IMG/VR virus record: IMGVR_UViG_3300002895_000002 | Location: 64,001-128,000 of that record | Source: a virus | Taxonomy: Duplodnaviria > Caudoviricetes | Reading direction: 5' to 3' (one strand) | Length of the DNA: 64,000 nucleotides | Part shown: one piece after another, positions 29,020-38,658 of the stretch | Position numbering within the stretch: the stretch's first letter is position 1 | Layout: every line of letters begins with the position of its first letter | The notes under the pieces: model-generated | What the model was told of the DNA's origin: nothing | Databases searched by the model: none | What the model saw: the letters and a program-made list of their open reading frames with translations, nothing else | Made by a program: the position numbers and the translations under genes

Positions 29020-30147
29020 ATGGGCGGTAATGCTTCGGTATTCAAGGATGGTCAACTCGTTGCTCAGGCTGAGAAGATAGACCTCAGCAAAGTAAGCAGA
29101 GGGTCCATAATTCCTGAGGTCAAAAAGACCCTTCATGCTATCGACTCTGCTTTCGCAAAGGAGTATGGTGTCCATCTCTGGCCCAATCATTCCATCATTG
29201 ACAACGGGTCGATCTTTGCTGGGTCGTCACAGTTCTTCATGGACCAGAGTATTAGTCACGATGAGTTTACACAACACAAACCGACCGTGGGTGACATTGA
29301 TGTCCAGATACCTCATGCGTACAAAGATCACCTGGACAAAATTCTCAAGCCAGGAAAACATTTTGGGTTGATGAAATATCACGGTCGGGCTGATACTTCT
29401 CTGTCTCAGCTCAACTGCGTGTTTGAACTCAAAGCTGGAATACACACCATCAACATCCAGATCGACTTCGAACCCGTTGATTGGCACGAGGAAGGCCCGA
29501 CTGGTTGGTCGCAGTTTGCTCATTCAGCAGATTGGGACGACATCAAGAGCGGTGTCAAGGGAGTCTTTCACAAATATCTGGTTGGTGCGGTTGACTTTGC
29601 TTACCAAAAACCAATCACTGTCCTTACAAGAAAAACCCTGAAGCCGAAGAAGGTTGATGCCCACGATTATGCCTTCAGTGTAGAGAAGGGCCTCCGTCAA
29701 AAATATGTCCTGGCCAAAGATGAGCACAGCAAGCCGATCATGGTTGATGGTGTCCAGGCCTTCTTCGAGATAGACCCCAAAGAGGCTGACTATATCACCG
29801 ACGTGGCTAGCATCTTCGTGGTTCTCTTTCGTATCGTTCCTGATCACGATGATCTGAAAAAGTTTGCGAGCTTCACTGGTGTTGTTGACCTGATTGATCG
29901 GGAGTTCAGTGGTTCCCAGCAGGCTTTGATCGTTGACGAGTTCCTGAAGCGGTGCTGGGGCAAGGGGGCTCAAGCTTTAGAAAGGGACGCACCAGAAATA
30001 GACGCTAAAGCTAAATGGGCAGCCGTCAACTATTTGGCCGATAAGTTACAAATGCCAAGCATTATAAAGAAAGCAGAATTATTAGTCGGCGAGTATTATA
30101 AGTCATATAAGATGAGTAAAGACAGGAGGGAGTATGCTAAAAGTTGA
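29020..30147 (+). CDS. Pol-beta-superfamily nucleotidyltransferase
   Basis: IFAGSS, GDIDV (DxD) and IQIDF catalytic motifs. Confidence 0.7.
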   Translation: MGGNASVFKDGQLVAQAEKIDLSKVSRGSIIPEVKKTLHAIDSAFAKEYGVHLWPNHSIIDNGSIFAGSSQFFMDQSISHDEFTQHKPTVGDIDVQIPHAYKDHLDKILKPGKHFGLMKYHGRADTSLSQLNCVFELKAGIHTINIQIDFEPVDWHEEGPTGWSQFAHSADWDDIKSGVKGVFHKYLVGAVDFAYQKPITVLTRKTLKPKKVDAHDYAFSVEKGLRQKYVLAKDEHSKPIMVDGVQAFFEIDPKEADYITDVASIFVVLFRIVPDHDDLKKFASFTGVVDLIDREFSGSQQALIVDEFLKRCWGKGAQALERDAPEIDAKAKWAAVNYLADKLQMPSIIKKAELLVGEYYKSYKMSKDRREYAKS

Positions 30148-30673
30148 CGAAGTACCAACAACTCCAGGACATGATAAAGTGACAGTGCTTATCGGTCGCT
30201 TTCAGCCTGTCACTTTCGGCGGCCATGGGAAGATGTACAATGAGGCCAAGAAGCTCGGTCATCCAGTAGTCATCTTCGTCGTCCGTGGAGAGAAGTCTGA
30301 CCCCAAAAAGAGTCCGTTCCCACTGGATCTAACGATAGAGATGGTGAGGAGTACATTTCCGGAGGCGACTGTATTACATGTTGGTTCCGCCTTTATAGGA
30401 GATTTCGTAAAGATTCTGCGGGATCAAAACATGGAACCAACCACTATCTTTTGTGGAACGGATCGGGCTAAAAGCTACAGAAAACAGATTGAATCATACA
30501 GTGATGTATGGAATCTAAAACTGGATTTACATGAAGTTGAACGAAATTCAGAAGATGTAAGTGCTACCTCAGTTCGGGATGCAATCAAAAATAACGACCG
30601 GATTCTTTTCCAAAACATGACAGCACCTCAGTGTCATCACTATTTCGACAAGCTGTTGTCCTTTCTCAAATAA
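30134..30673 (+). CDS. HxGH-type (cytidylyl/adenylyltransferase-like) nucleotidyltransferase
   Basis: GRFQPVTFGGH, PFP, GTDR and SATSVR motifs. Confidence 0.8.
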   Translation: MLKVDEVPTTPGHDKVTVLIGRFQPVTFGGHGKMYNEAKKLGHPVVIFVVRGEKSDPKKSPFPLDLTIEMVRSTFPEATVLHVGSAFIGDFVKILRDQNMEPTTIFCGTDRAKSYRKQIESYSDVWNLKLDLHEVERNSEDVSATSVRDAIKNNDRILFQNMTAPQCHHYFDKLLSFLK

Positions 30674-30684
30674 GGAGAGAACAA

Positions 30685-30834
30685 ATGAAAGAGCAGTGGA
30701 AGACTTTGGTTATTGAAATTGACTTCATGCCACCAAATGACGAAGCTGAGCAGAGTTTCGTTGATTATGCTATTAAGGCGATGAGTCCGCAACAAATAGC
30801 AGATTTCCGATACAAAGTCATTGAAAAGAAGTAA
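30685..30834 (+). CDS. small hypothetical protein
   Basis: RBS AAGGAG; MKEQWKTLVIE. Confidence 0.45.
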   Translation: MKEQWKTLVIEIDFMPPNDEAEQSFVDYAIKAMSPQQIADFRYKVIEKK

Positions 30835-30884
30835 TAATCACCTGTGATAAATAGTTCCAGTTAAATTGAAGGGAGACTATTATC

Positions 30885-31115
30885 ATGGCACATTTTGATA
30901 AGATCATCAATGCTCTGGAGAGTGGCAGGACAGCAGAACAACAGGTTGGTGACAAGTCGAACGATCCGGCTGAGAAGAGGCGGTATTACGACGCGATGCA
31001 CGATTCTTCGATTGCTATCCATACTGGGTCAAAGAGAGAACACCAAGAAGCTCTCAAGAACCACAAGGACGCTCTGTCAAAAGCAACTACTCCGGAGATA
31101 ATCGAAAAAGCATAA
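30885..31115 (+). CDS. small hypothetical protein
   Basis: ATAAATA at 30847 and GGGAG RBS. Confidence 0.55.
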   Translation: MAHFDKIINALESGRTAEQQVGDKSNDPAEKRRYYDAMHDSSIAIHTGSKREHQEALKNHKDALSKATTPEIIEKA

Positions 31116-31157
31116 AGAGTACATCGAATATCACTCCAAAGAGATAGGAGTATAACA

Positions 31158-31409
31158 ATGGCTGACGACTTGATGGCAATATACAAGGAAATTCGGGAAA
31201 AGAATCCAACCGTGATAGAGGAAGCACTGGATCCAATGAAAATGGGGAAAGTTAAGCTCATCTCTTTTCTTCTCCCCATTGTCAAGGTGTCTGAGAAATT
31301 CCTCAAGAAAATGGCTGAAGAAGATCTCCGCATTATGGCTGCACTTTTCCTCAAGTTCGGGAAATCCAGACTGGATAAAGATCTCGAAGGCATTCACGTA
31401 GAAGAGTAA
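31158..31409 (+). CDS. small hypothetical protein
   Basis: RBS AGGAG. Confidence 0.55.
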   Translation: MADDLMAIYKEIREKNPTVIEEALDPMKMGKVKLISFLLPIVKVSEKFLKKMAEEDLRIMAALFLKFGKSRLDKDLEGIHVEE

Positions 31410-31418
31410 GGTACTATC

Positions 31419-32627
31419 ATGACAACTGGTTATAAAAAGAACGGAGTTGATATAGACACGCTGTTGGAACCTCGTACCACCGGTGACCCTCAAGCAGCTG
31501 CCACCGGTTACAAGGTCAACGACGTGGATATATCCACGATGTTCTATCCATTGGCTAGTGGTGGTACTGCACCATCAGTGATTGGAATGAAGGTCAATGG
31601 TGATGATCTAAACACCATCTTTGCTGCTATCGGCACTGTTAGTACTACCGGGTCTGGTATTTTTACCGCATATTGGTTTGATTCTGCTGGAAGCATGTTT
31701 GTGGATGGTGTTGCCATTCCGTATGACACACTCATGGATGTTGTTATTGATGACCCGGCTGACATAACAGCCGGAGCTGATGGTTCTGGGTCATTTGATG
31801 TTTATGATTTTTCAACCCAGGGTTTAGTTGGAACGGTGGCTTGGCCGAATGGAGGAACCGATACATTAGGATTAACTGTTCTCGATGGACATTATTATGG
31901 AAATGTGACAGTGACAGTAATAAATGAACTCGGTCCTGGAGAAATAATAAAAGCCTACCCAACCATACCAACAATCGCGGGTGAAAGTTATGCATCGGCA
32001 TCAAATACTAATAGCTTCTTTTTCGGTGCTGGGCATTATGTGTGGGCTAATGTTCCCTTTGACATAGTAAATGACATCGGAGAAATAATGTTTGCATCAA
32101 CACAATCACCAAGTGGCAAACATTATGTGAAATCTAATGTACCAATGTCAACAACATCTAATCACGCGGTGCCAAAGACTTCATTATTCAATGATAACTA
32201 TACATTCGGTACCATTGGTGAACTTGATCCATATTACACACCAACCGGATTTACCGGCGGCAGTGCAAGTTGGTCCATAAGTAGAAATGTTGCATTGGAA
32301 GCTGTTGATCTGATAGGCAACGGCGGAGCATCCGGTGAGAACGTTTTCACTATTCTTTCTTTCGATGCACCAACAGACATTTCTGGCAAAACGGTGAAAT
32401 TCCATTATAGCCTAGATATACCGCACATTGGGCAAATGGGATTCATTTATTATTATGTAGCAGGTGGAAGTGATATTGTTGAGTTGTTTGATACCGGTGG
32501 GACAGTTCAATTTGCTGAAATAGTTCTACCGGCCGGTGTATCGGTAATAACATGGACTCTTGGCACGGCAGGAATATTAATACCAAACACTAATACATTC
32601 AGAATGTTTGACTTGATAATCGTATAA
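31419..32627 (+). CDS. putative tail-fibre-like protein
   Basis: Repeated TGYK.NGVDI N-terminal modules followed by a beta-rich region. Confidence 0.55.
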   Translation: MTTGYKKNGVDIDTLLEPRTTGDPQAAATGYKVNDVDISTMFYPLASGGTAPSVIGMKVNGDDLNTIFAAIGTVSTTGSGIFTAYWFDSAGSMFVDGVAIPYDTLMDVVIDDPADITAGADGSGSFDVYDFSTQGLVGTVAWPNGGTDTLGLTVLDGHYYGNVTVTVINELGPGEIIKAYPTIPTIAGESYASASNTNSFFFGAGHYVWANVPFDIVNDIGEIMFASTQSPSGKHYVKSNVPMSTTSNHAVPKTSLFNDNYTFGTIGELDPYYTPTGFTGGSASWSISRNVALEAVDLIGNGGASGENVFTILSFDAPTDISGKTVKFHYSLDIPHIGQMGFIYYYVAGGSDIVELFDTGGTVQFAEIVLPAGVSVITWTLGTAGILIPNTNTFRMFDLIIV

Positions 32628-32637
32628 ATAGTTTGTA

Positions 32638-32982
32638 ATGATTGATATAACGAAACAACATATTGATTTTGCTAGAGCTTACATCTGTTATCGGACTACA
32701 CCGATGATAGATATTGACGTGAAGCAGTTCAAGAAGATAAACACTCTTCTTGGAAAACTGGAACGGACTGAGAAAGACTCTTACGCACTTGAAATCATCA
32801 ACATTATCAGAACCCTCTCAAACGTGATGGATCTGAATTTGATTATCCTTGCGATGTATGAACTTATTGATTTCAAGTACCACCCAACAATGGAGTATAT
32901 CCTTTTAAGGATAGATTCAGTTGACTCAGTGGCTGTTCGTAAGGCGTTCGAAGTGGATGAAACAGATGTCATTTTTGATTAG
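32638..32982 (+). CDS. hypothetical protein (T4-like phage conserved type)
   Basis: TATAAATA at 32623; K.FK.I..LL..IINIIRTLSNV pattern. Confidence 0.55.
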   Translation: MIDITKQHIDFARAYICYRTTPMIDIDVKQFKKINTLLGKLERTEKDSYALEIINIIRTLSNVMDLNLIILAMYELIDFKYHPTMEYILLRIDSVDSVAVRKAFEVDETDVIFD

Positions 32983-33481
32983 TGAATCTTTATCAGATAC
33001 AATCATTACCTACATGGTTTTGAAGCGGCTTACCAAACCTTTTGAGGAATGGGACGCATATAAACTGGGTATTATTGATGCTGAGGGTAAAAAGATCAAG
33101 ACTCCCACATCATCGAAAGAGAAAGAAGCGTGGACTTCTCTTGATGTAATGGTGTGGAACATGAAGAAGTTGCTGGGTAAGTACATCAACAAGTCTACTC
33201 TGGCCAGATACTTCACTGCCGCAATGCTTATTTCAGAGAACATTCGGCCGTACATGAATTACAAGCTGATAACAGAGAACAAAACATATCCAGAGCTGAA
33301 TGACTTTGATTGTGACAAGCAGCTTATTCTGTTTCAAATAATCAAGAGAGTACAACTCAATCGTATAAATATGAATGAGGATGATACAGTAATCTATGAG
33401 ATTATGTTGAAGGAAAAGACAATAGATGTTTTCCTCAACGAACATGAAACAGAATTTCTCAGAAAGATAGTAGGTGAGTGA
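32966..33481 (+). CDS. hypothetical protein (T4-like phage conserved type)
   Basis: KRLTKPFEEWDAYKLGIIDAEG motif. Confidence 0.65.
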   Translation: MSFLISESLSDTIITYMVLKRLTKPFEEWDAYKLGIIDAEGKKIKTPTSSKEKEAWTSLDVMVWNMKKLLGKYINKSTLARYFTAAMLISENIRPYMNYKLITENKTYPELNDFDCDKQLILFQIIKRVQLNRINMNEDDTVIYEIMLKEKTIDVFLNEHETEFLRKIVGE

Positions 33482-33642
33482 TGGAAGTATCACCCCCACA
33501 AGGTCAAACTACCACATCTGATATAGCGCAGGGCCCCGGACAAGTGATAGGAGACCCAGCACGCAGGGGATCTCAACCCAAAGCCGGTTCAGGCAAACCC
33601 AAACGATTCCGGGAATGGAAAAAGGAGAAGTCAAGTGAGTGA
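33481..33642 (+). CDS. small hypothetical protein (53 aa)
   Basis: TGATG coupling; MEVSPPQGQTTTSDIA...KRFREWKKEKSSE; manual translation. Confidence 0.45.
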   Translation: MEVSPPQGQTTTSDIAQGPGQVIGDPARRGSQPKAGSGKPKRFREWKKEKSSE

Positions 33643-33656
33643 TAACAAATAACGTC

Positions 33657-34424
33657 TTAGGGCCTCTCTGATTTAGATTTTCTCTTTTCCCAAGAGTTCT
33701 TTATTGCCTGTTTATGAGATTCTGATTTTTTCTTTCCTGTATGAATTTCTGATAATTTTTTCTTTGTTTCTTCGGACATTGGCTTTCGATTTTTTGCTGC
33801 TTTTTTCATTTTTTGTTTCGTTTCTTCGGACACTGGCTTTCGATTTTTTGCTGCTTCTTTCATTTTTTGTTTCGTTTCTTCGGAATGTTCTTTACGGGGT
33901 TTCCCTTTGTGGCTTTCACTTAAATTGTTTTTGTGTTCTTCAGAAAAGAGTCTACCTTTTAATGACTTAGAAATTTTGGCCCGATGTTCACTTGTAAATT
34001 TTCTGTCTTTGAGCGTATTTTTTATTTTTTGTTTTCGCTCATTATCAAGTAAAGAACCCAATAATTTGCCTTTATTTGAATTTCCAATTTTTTGTTTGGT
34101 TTCTTCTGAATGATTGTAGTTTAGGTTCAACCATTTATAATCTTTAGAGGTATATTTTCCATTATTTGACATATAGGAAAATGCTCTAGTCATTTTCGGC
34201 CCCTTGATTTTATGTCCTCTCCATATACGGGCAAGAAGTAGATGAGCAATGAAGTGCTCACGAAGGGGAAGATTTACTCTGTTCCAGGATCCATCAATAT
34301 CATCTATTCCGTCGATTTTTGCAAATGAACGAGGAATGATGTGGTGATCCTCTGTTTGTTTCTTTACTTTTGGGGTGTTACGATTACGTTCGATAATGCG
34401 GTTATAGATTGTTTGATAATCCAT
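33657..34424 (-). CDS. HNH homing endonuclease with NUMOD3 repeats
   Basis: EDHHIIPRS..N.V.L..REHFIAHLLL; HSEETKQK repeats. Confidence 0.88.
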   Translation of the reverse strand: MDYQTIYNRIIERNRNTPKVKKQTEDHHIIPRSFAKIDGIDDIDGSWNRVNLPLREHFIAHLLLARIWRGHKIKGPKMTRAFSYMSNNGKYTSKDYKWLNLNYNHSEETKQKIGNSNKGKLLGSLLDNERKQKIKNTLKDRKFTSEHRAKISKSLKGRLFSEEHKNNLSESHKGKPRKEHSEETKQKMKEAAKNRKPVSEETKQKMKKAAKNRKPMSEETKKKLSEIHTGKKKSESHKQAIKNSWEKRKSKSERP

Positions 34425-34484
34425 ATAAATACCTTTAGAGAAGTTTTTAACTATCAAACTTATTTATCTACATCGGAGAAAATT

Positions 34485-34694
34485 ATGAAAATTTCGGATT
34501 TTGAAACCCATGTCGAATATGAGCTCGAAACACCCGAAGGACATGCTGCATTTGTCCAGGGTGTAAAGAGCGGAGATCGTGGACAGTGGCGTCGATCTCC
34601 AGAAACTGCTGAGCTTCTGGATCAAGTCAACGCAAACACCAGACACAACAGAATCTTCGTCAAAGTCGGGAATCTCAACACCCGAGTGAAGTAA
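34485..34694 (+). CDS. small hypothetical protein
   Basis: RBS GGAG; MKISDFETHVEYE. Confidence 0.5.
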   Translation: MKISDFETHVEYELETPEGHAAFVQGVKSGDRGQWRRSPETAELLDQVNANTRHNRIFVKVGNLNTRVK

Positions 34695-34713
34695 TCCAAC
34701 AACGGAGAATGAC

Positions 34714-35706
34714 ATGAAAGTTAATGAACGACACACCTATGTCAGCACTGCCAAGACATACTGGTGGGGTGTAACTGATACAACACATTCTCTCAAGCAA
34801 TATCCCGATACTCCTCCACTTCCCCTCCCTCCAGGCTGGGTCCAGACGTACCATACTGAACGCTTCACTAACCACGTTGATCTCTATAATGAGATTGTAA
34901 CGCTGTTGGACGGTATCAGCGACTACATTGACAATTATTTGGACGATGTGTCTGTCACTGGTTTGGATAAGATAAAGAACATCCTGATGCCGCTCTATAC
35001 CTACGTCAGTTTGAAAGAGTGTATCCTTCCTGATGTTGGTGATAGCGGCGTTCCTGATATGCCCCTGCAGCTTGGAAGCACAGTGAAGGACTGGTTTGCT
35101 TGGTGGACTAAGGACCTTCCGGCATATACGCCGTTCTTCGAGCTCAGAGAGTACTTTACCTTCACTCAGAAGTTCGCTGATGATTTAGATGGCGAATACT
35201 ATCTCCCGACACAGTTCCAGCCATGGGCTCAGTACCTTCCCATAGTCATCCCGGAGCAACCCGAGCCTACCCCAGAGAACCCCACACCGGTCTTCATTCC
35301 GATAGAGGCACAGTCGTTCGTCGGCACCGATTTACAGAGGGATGCTTTTGACTTCATCGCCTGGGCCTATGCTGAAGGTTACGCTACACCCAAAGGTAGT
35401 GCATGGGTGCAGATCAAAGATGAGTACAACGACCTGCTCGTGGAGATCACTGGGTATGCCTCGGCTGACCTGAACAACATCACCACATTTCAAGCGTTCG
35501 TTCCTGGTGCCATCCAAGACCGGATGATCTGGCAGGTGTATGCTCAGCCAAGACTTCGTGCTGTTAGCAGAACTGTCACAACCAACGATCCAATCGTTCC
35601 TGAATATGATGAGCCAATACCAGTCAGAGAGTTTGTCATTGGTGATTACGGCCTAGGTGATGTGGTGGATACGTTCGGGTGGGTCATCCGGGGGATCAAT
35701 GCGTAA
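34714..35706 (+). CDS. hypothetical (possible baseplate-associated) protein
   Basis: 330 aa ORF with GGAG RBS, upstream of a PAAR-like gene. Confidence 0.6.
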   Translation: MKVNERHTYVSTAKTYWWGVTDTTHSLKQYPDTPPLPLPPGWVQTYHTERFTNHVDLYNEIVTLLDGISDYIDNYLDDVSVTGLDKIKNILMPLYTYVSLKECILPDVGDSGVPDMPLQLGSTVKDWFAWWTKDLPAYTPFFELREYFTFTQKFADDLDGEYYLPTQFQPWAQYLPIVIPEQPEPTPENPTPVFIPIEAQSFVGTDLQRDAFDFIAWAYAEGYATPKGSAWVQIKDEYNDLLVEITGYASADLNNITTFQAFVPGAIQDRMIWQVYAQPRLRAVSRTVTTNDPIVPEYDEPIPVREFVIGDYGLGDVVDTFGWVIRGINA

Positions 35707-35848
35707 GCAGGGCGAGTCCTGCCGGTTCTTCTGCACCGACCTCTGTGGGCAGGTGTTATCGTGCACGAGAGGACCGGACAACGGCTGGATATGTCCGCTG
35801 AGACCGTACTGGGAGAGGCCGAAGAATGCAAGTCGCGAGGGTGTCTGA
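35699..35848 (+). CDS. small Cys-rich protein
   Basis: MRKQGESCRFFCTDLCGQVLSC..C; overlaps both neighbours. Confidence 0.35.
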   Translation: MRKQGESCRFFCTDLCGQVLSCTRGPDNGWICPLRPYWERPKNASREGV

Positions 35849-36128
35849 CGTAGTAGTGGGGACGTGCTGCTGCCATGCCGATCCGCCGTGCCGGGGAGTC
35901 ACCGGGATGATCGTGAGCGGCTCTGGGATGGCGATGGCATCAGGCCTGCCGGTTGGTCGTACCGGAGATGTGGTGATGTTCTCCTGCGGACACACGGCGG
36001 TCATCGTCACTGGTTCACTGATGTCATCCTCAGACGGTCTGTTGATAGCGCGAGTTGGTGATGCAACGGCTGGGTGTGTCACTGGTACTATAGTCACAGG
36101 TGATCCGCTGTCATCGGCGGATGGATAG
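35826..36128 (+). CDS. PAAR-like spike-tip protein (gp5.4 analogue)
   Basis: Three ARxSD/RTGD/ARVGD repeats with Cys/His metal ligands. Confidence 0.75.
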   Translation: MQVARVSDVVVGTCCCHADPPCRGVTGMIVSGSGMAMASGLPVGRTGDVVMFSCGHTAVIVTGSLMSSSDGLLIARVGDATAGCVTGTIVTGDPLSSADG

Positions 36129-36137
36129 GAGATAGAG

Positions 36138-36461
36138 ATGGACATAACAGCGATATTGGCAGTGATTGCTCTAATAGCAGCGACGAATGAGCGGATCACG
36201 GAAGTAGTGAAGGGCCAGGTAGCTCCGCAGCTGAAGGGACTGAAGGAGAACACCAGGAAGAGTGTGGTGATTACTCTCTCGTGCCTGATTGGTGTAGCGG
36301 TGGCGTTCTTTATGCAGGACTCAGTCTATGCGGTGCTCCCAGTTGCTCTGCAAACCTGGCAGTCTCTCGTTGGGTGCGGACTGATCTCGGCATCGGGTGC
36401 TGGATTTATCAACAGTCTCCTGGAAGTGGTGAAGATGCTTCCGAACAAGAAAAAAGACTGA
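36138..36461 (+). CDS. holin-like small membrane protein
   Basis: Two to three hydrophobic segments and basic C-terminus. Confidence 0.5.
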   Translation: MDITAILAVIALIAATNERITEVVKGQVAPQLKGLKENTRKSVVITLSCLIGVAVAFFMQDSVYAVLPVALQTWQSLVGCGLISASGAGFINSLLEVVKMLPNKKKD

Positions 36462-36463
36462 AT

Positions 36464-36492
36464 TTGACTTTTCCTTTCCTTGGTTGTATAAT
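36464..36492 (+). promoter_or_regulatory. sigma70-type promoter
   Basis: TTGACT-17 nt-TATAAT. Confidence 0.7.
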
Positions 36493-36495
36493 GAA

Positions 36496-37126
36496 CTAAA
36501 TGGATAGTTTACGTTTCAGATGTGCAAGTCTCATTTTTTCTTTGGTTTCAGGTGAATGTGTTTTTCCTTTCATGCCTTTTGGATGCCCATTTTTTAAACT
36601 ATCCTTTATTTTTTGGCAATGCTCTAATGAAAGTTTTTTACCTTTCTTTTCTGAAGGTTTTCCTTTGTTGGCTTTACTCATGATGTCTTTAATTTCATCA
36701 GCACGGTCAGGGCTCATTTCTTCTAAAGTACGTCCTTTACGCGCTGATGGTTTTCCTTTATGCCATTTTCCTCCACGTGCGCTTGATTCTCTAAGTCGCT
36801 CTTTGGTTTTTTCATCGGCAAATTGATACGTATTGCCGCCATTACCACCAGGAACTAAGTTATAGGTGTCTTTTCTGGAAATAAACCATTCATCAACTAT
36901 TTGTTTTTCTATTTCTAACGCATGTTCAGCTGATATACAGTAATGAAGAATAATTCTGACGAAGTTTTCTTTTCCATATTTCTTTACTGCTTTGACTATG
37001 TTTCTACCAGAACCAATATAACCGTCATCAATGCGATTAGTTGACCTTTTTTCCAACATAGATTTTGCTGTTTATTAAATTGGTGGTAAGATAAACAAAA
37101 TGAAATGACTTTTCTTCATGTGCCAT
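36496..37126 (-). pseudogene. GIY-YIG/NUMOD3 homing endonuclease split by a frameshift
   Basis: ATG 37126 gives MAHEEKSFHFVYLTTNLINSKIYVGK, then stops; the domain continues (RSTNRIDDGYIGSG) in another frame after an A6 run at 37047-37052. Confidence 0.8.
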
Positions 37127-37143
37127 GACGGTCTCCTATAACC

Positions 37144-37227
37144 ATAAATAGAGTTGACAGGGACAACAGTTTCCTAGCTGCTGGTTGTCGTTGGCAGACG
37201 CAACCTTACCCGTTCAATACTATTTAT
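37144..37227 (+). ncRNA. HEG-associated structured element, copy E1
   Basis: ATAAATA..GGGA CAACAGT[ttccta]GCTGCTG GTTG t CGTT[ggca]GACG CAAC CTTACC..TATTTAT. Confidence 0.7.
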
Positions 37228-37243
37228 AAACTAAGGAAAGAAA

Positions 37244-37972
37244 ATGATAAGTTTACCAAATGAATTACGATTTTCTCCCTACAGTCACAGCAAGATGTCA
37301 CTCTTCTATGAGTGTCCTCACAAGTGGTACCATACATACATCACGAAATCCATGCCGCGTGAACAGAAAGCCGCGTTTGAGAAAGGCGGCTTCATTCACT
37401 ACGCTCTGGATCATTACCCCAACCCCACCCCGAAGAAATACACGTTCAAACTCGCCAGTAATGAAATGCAAGAGGAATGGGTTGATCTTCTCAAAACCAT
37501 CCTTCAGCAGCCTCGAGTCAGAACTATCATCAAGAACAAGATTAACAGTGAATTTACCTGGATCTTGGATCACAACTTCACTCTCGGAACAAACAAGTGG
37601 AAATCGTTAATCTACGGGGTTGTTGACGGAATGACACAGACAGGAAACCGGCTCTGTCTGTACTACTGGAAGACCGGTAAGTCCGATGGCGATAGTGACC
37701 AACTCAAACTCTATGCTCTCTGGGCAATGATTGCTCGTCCCAACCTGAAAGAAGTCCTTTGCAGTTTTGAATATGTGGAGCGAAACACTTTCGATGAATT
37801 CCGGTACGACCAGAGCCAAGTCCCGGAAATGAAAGAATGGCTCTATGAGAAGATATCAAACATAGAAAACGCAACAGAATTTAGTCCAACTCCGTGCAAA
37901 GGATGTTCTTACTGTCCGAAATACACAGTATGTCCGGCACATAAGATCACAATACCTATTTCACGCGGTTGA
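37244..37972 (+). CDS. PD-(D/E)XK RecB/Cas4-like nuclease with Fe-S cysteines
   Basis: SHSKMSLFYECP, G..IH..L, GVVD, WKTG, QLKLYA, CSYC..VC; expected catalytic Asp reads Tyr. Confidence 0.8.
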   Translation: MISLPNELRFSPYSHSKMSLFYECPHKWYHTYITKSMPREQKAAFEKGGFIHYALDHYPNPTPKKYTFKLASNEMQEEWVDLLKTILQQPRVRTIIKNKINSEFTWILDHNFTLGTNKWKSLIYGVVDGMTQTGNRLCLYYWKTGKSDGDSDQLKLYALWAMIARPNLKEVLCSFEYVERNTFDEFRYDQSQVPEMKEWLYEKISNIENATEFSPTPCKGCSYCPKYTVCPAHKITIPISRG

Positions 37973-38639
37973 TATGTGATTGTCTGATTTTATTTTTGGT
38001 TTCTTCCGATCTGGCTCTACCTAATAATGAGTCCCGAATTTTTTGTTTGGTTTCTTCTGAACATTTTCTTCCAGTGTTCACTTCTAATAATTTTGCTCTA
38101 TGTGATTCTGATATAGGTTTACCTTTTCTTGATTTACTCATATTTTCTTTATGTTCATCAGAAAATATTATACCTTTTCTAGACTCACTTATTTTTCTCT
38201 TGGTTTCTTCTGATCTGGGTTTAGAATTTTTACCTTTCATTGCTTTGCTTCTTTTATCAATATGCTCTTTTGATTGTTTTCTGCCTTTTTGAGATTTGCT
38301 CATTTTTATTATTGTAGCTGACGAATGTTTGTAACCTAACTTTAGCCAAGAATAATCTTTGGATGTATATTTTCCATTATTTGACATATAGGAAAAGGCT
38401 CTAGCCATCTTCGGACCTTTCACTTTATGACCTCGCCATATACGAGCAAGAAGCAGATGGGCAATGAAGTGCTCACGTAAAGGAAGATTAACTCGATTCC
38501 ATCGTCCATCGATATCATCTATTCCATCAAGTTTAGCAAAGGACCTAGGGATGATGTGGTGATTTTCAGTTTGCTTTTTGATCTTGGGGGTGGTACAATT
38601 GCGTTCGATGATACGGTTGTAAATTGATTGATAATCCAT
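37956..38639 (-). CDS. HNH homing endonuclease with NUMOD3 repeats (paralog of 33657-34424)
   Basis: ENHHIIPRS..REHFIAHLLL; near-identical N-terminal ~95 aa to the paralog. Confidence 0.88.
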   Translation of the reverse strand: MDYQSIYNRIIERNCTTPKIKKQTENHHIIPRSFAKLDGIDDIDGRWNRVNLPLREHFIAHLLLARIWRGHKVKGPKMARAFSYMSNNGKYTSKDYSWLKLGYKHSSATIIKMSKSQKGRKQSKEHIDKRSKAMKGKNSKPRSEETKRKISESRKGIIFSDEHKENMSKSRKGKPISESHRAKLLEVNTGRKCSEETKQKIRDSLLGRARSEETKNKIRQSHINRVK

Positions 38640-38658
38640 AGACGGTTTCTCCTAACCG

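Noticed and set aside
37244-37972. CRISPR-Cas (Cas4) system
   Set aside because: No repeat-spacer array or other cas genes; stand-alone PD-(D/E)XK nucleases are common in phages.
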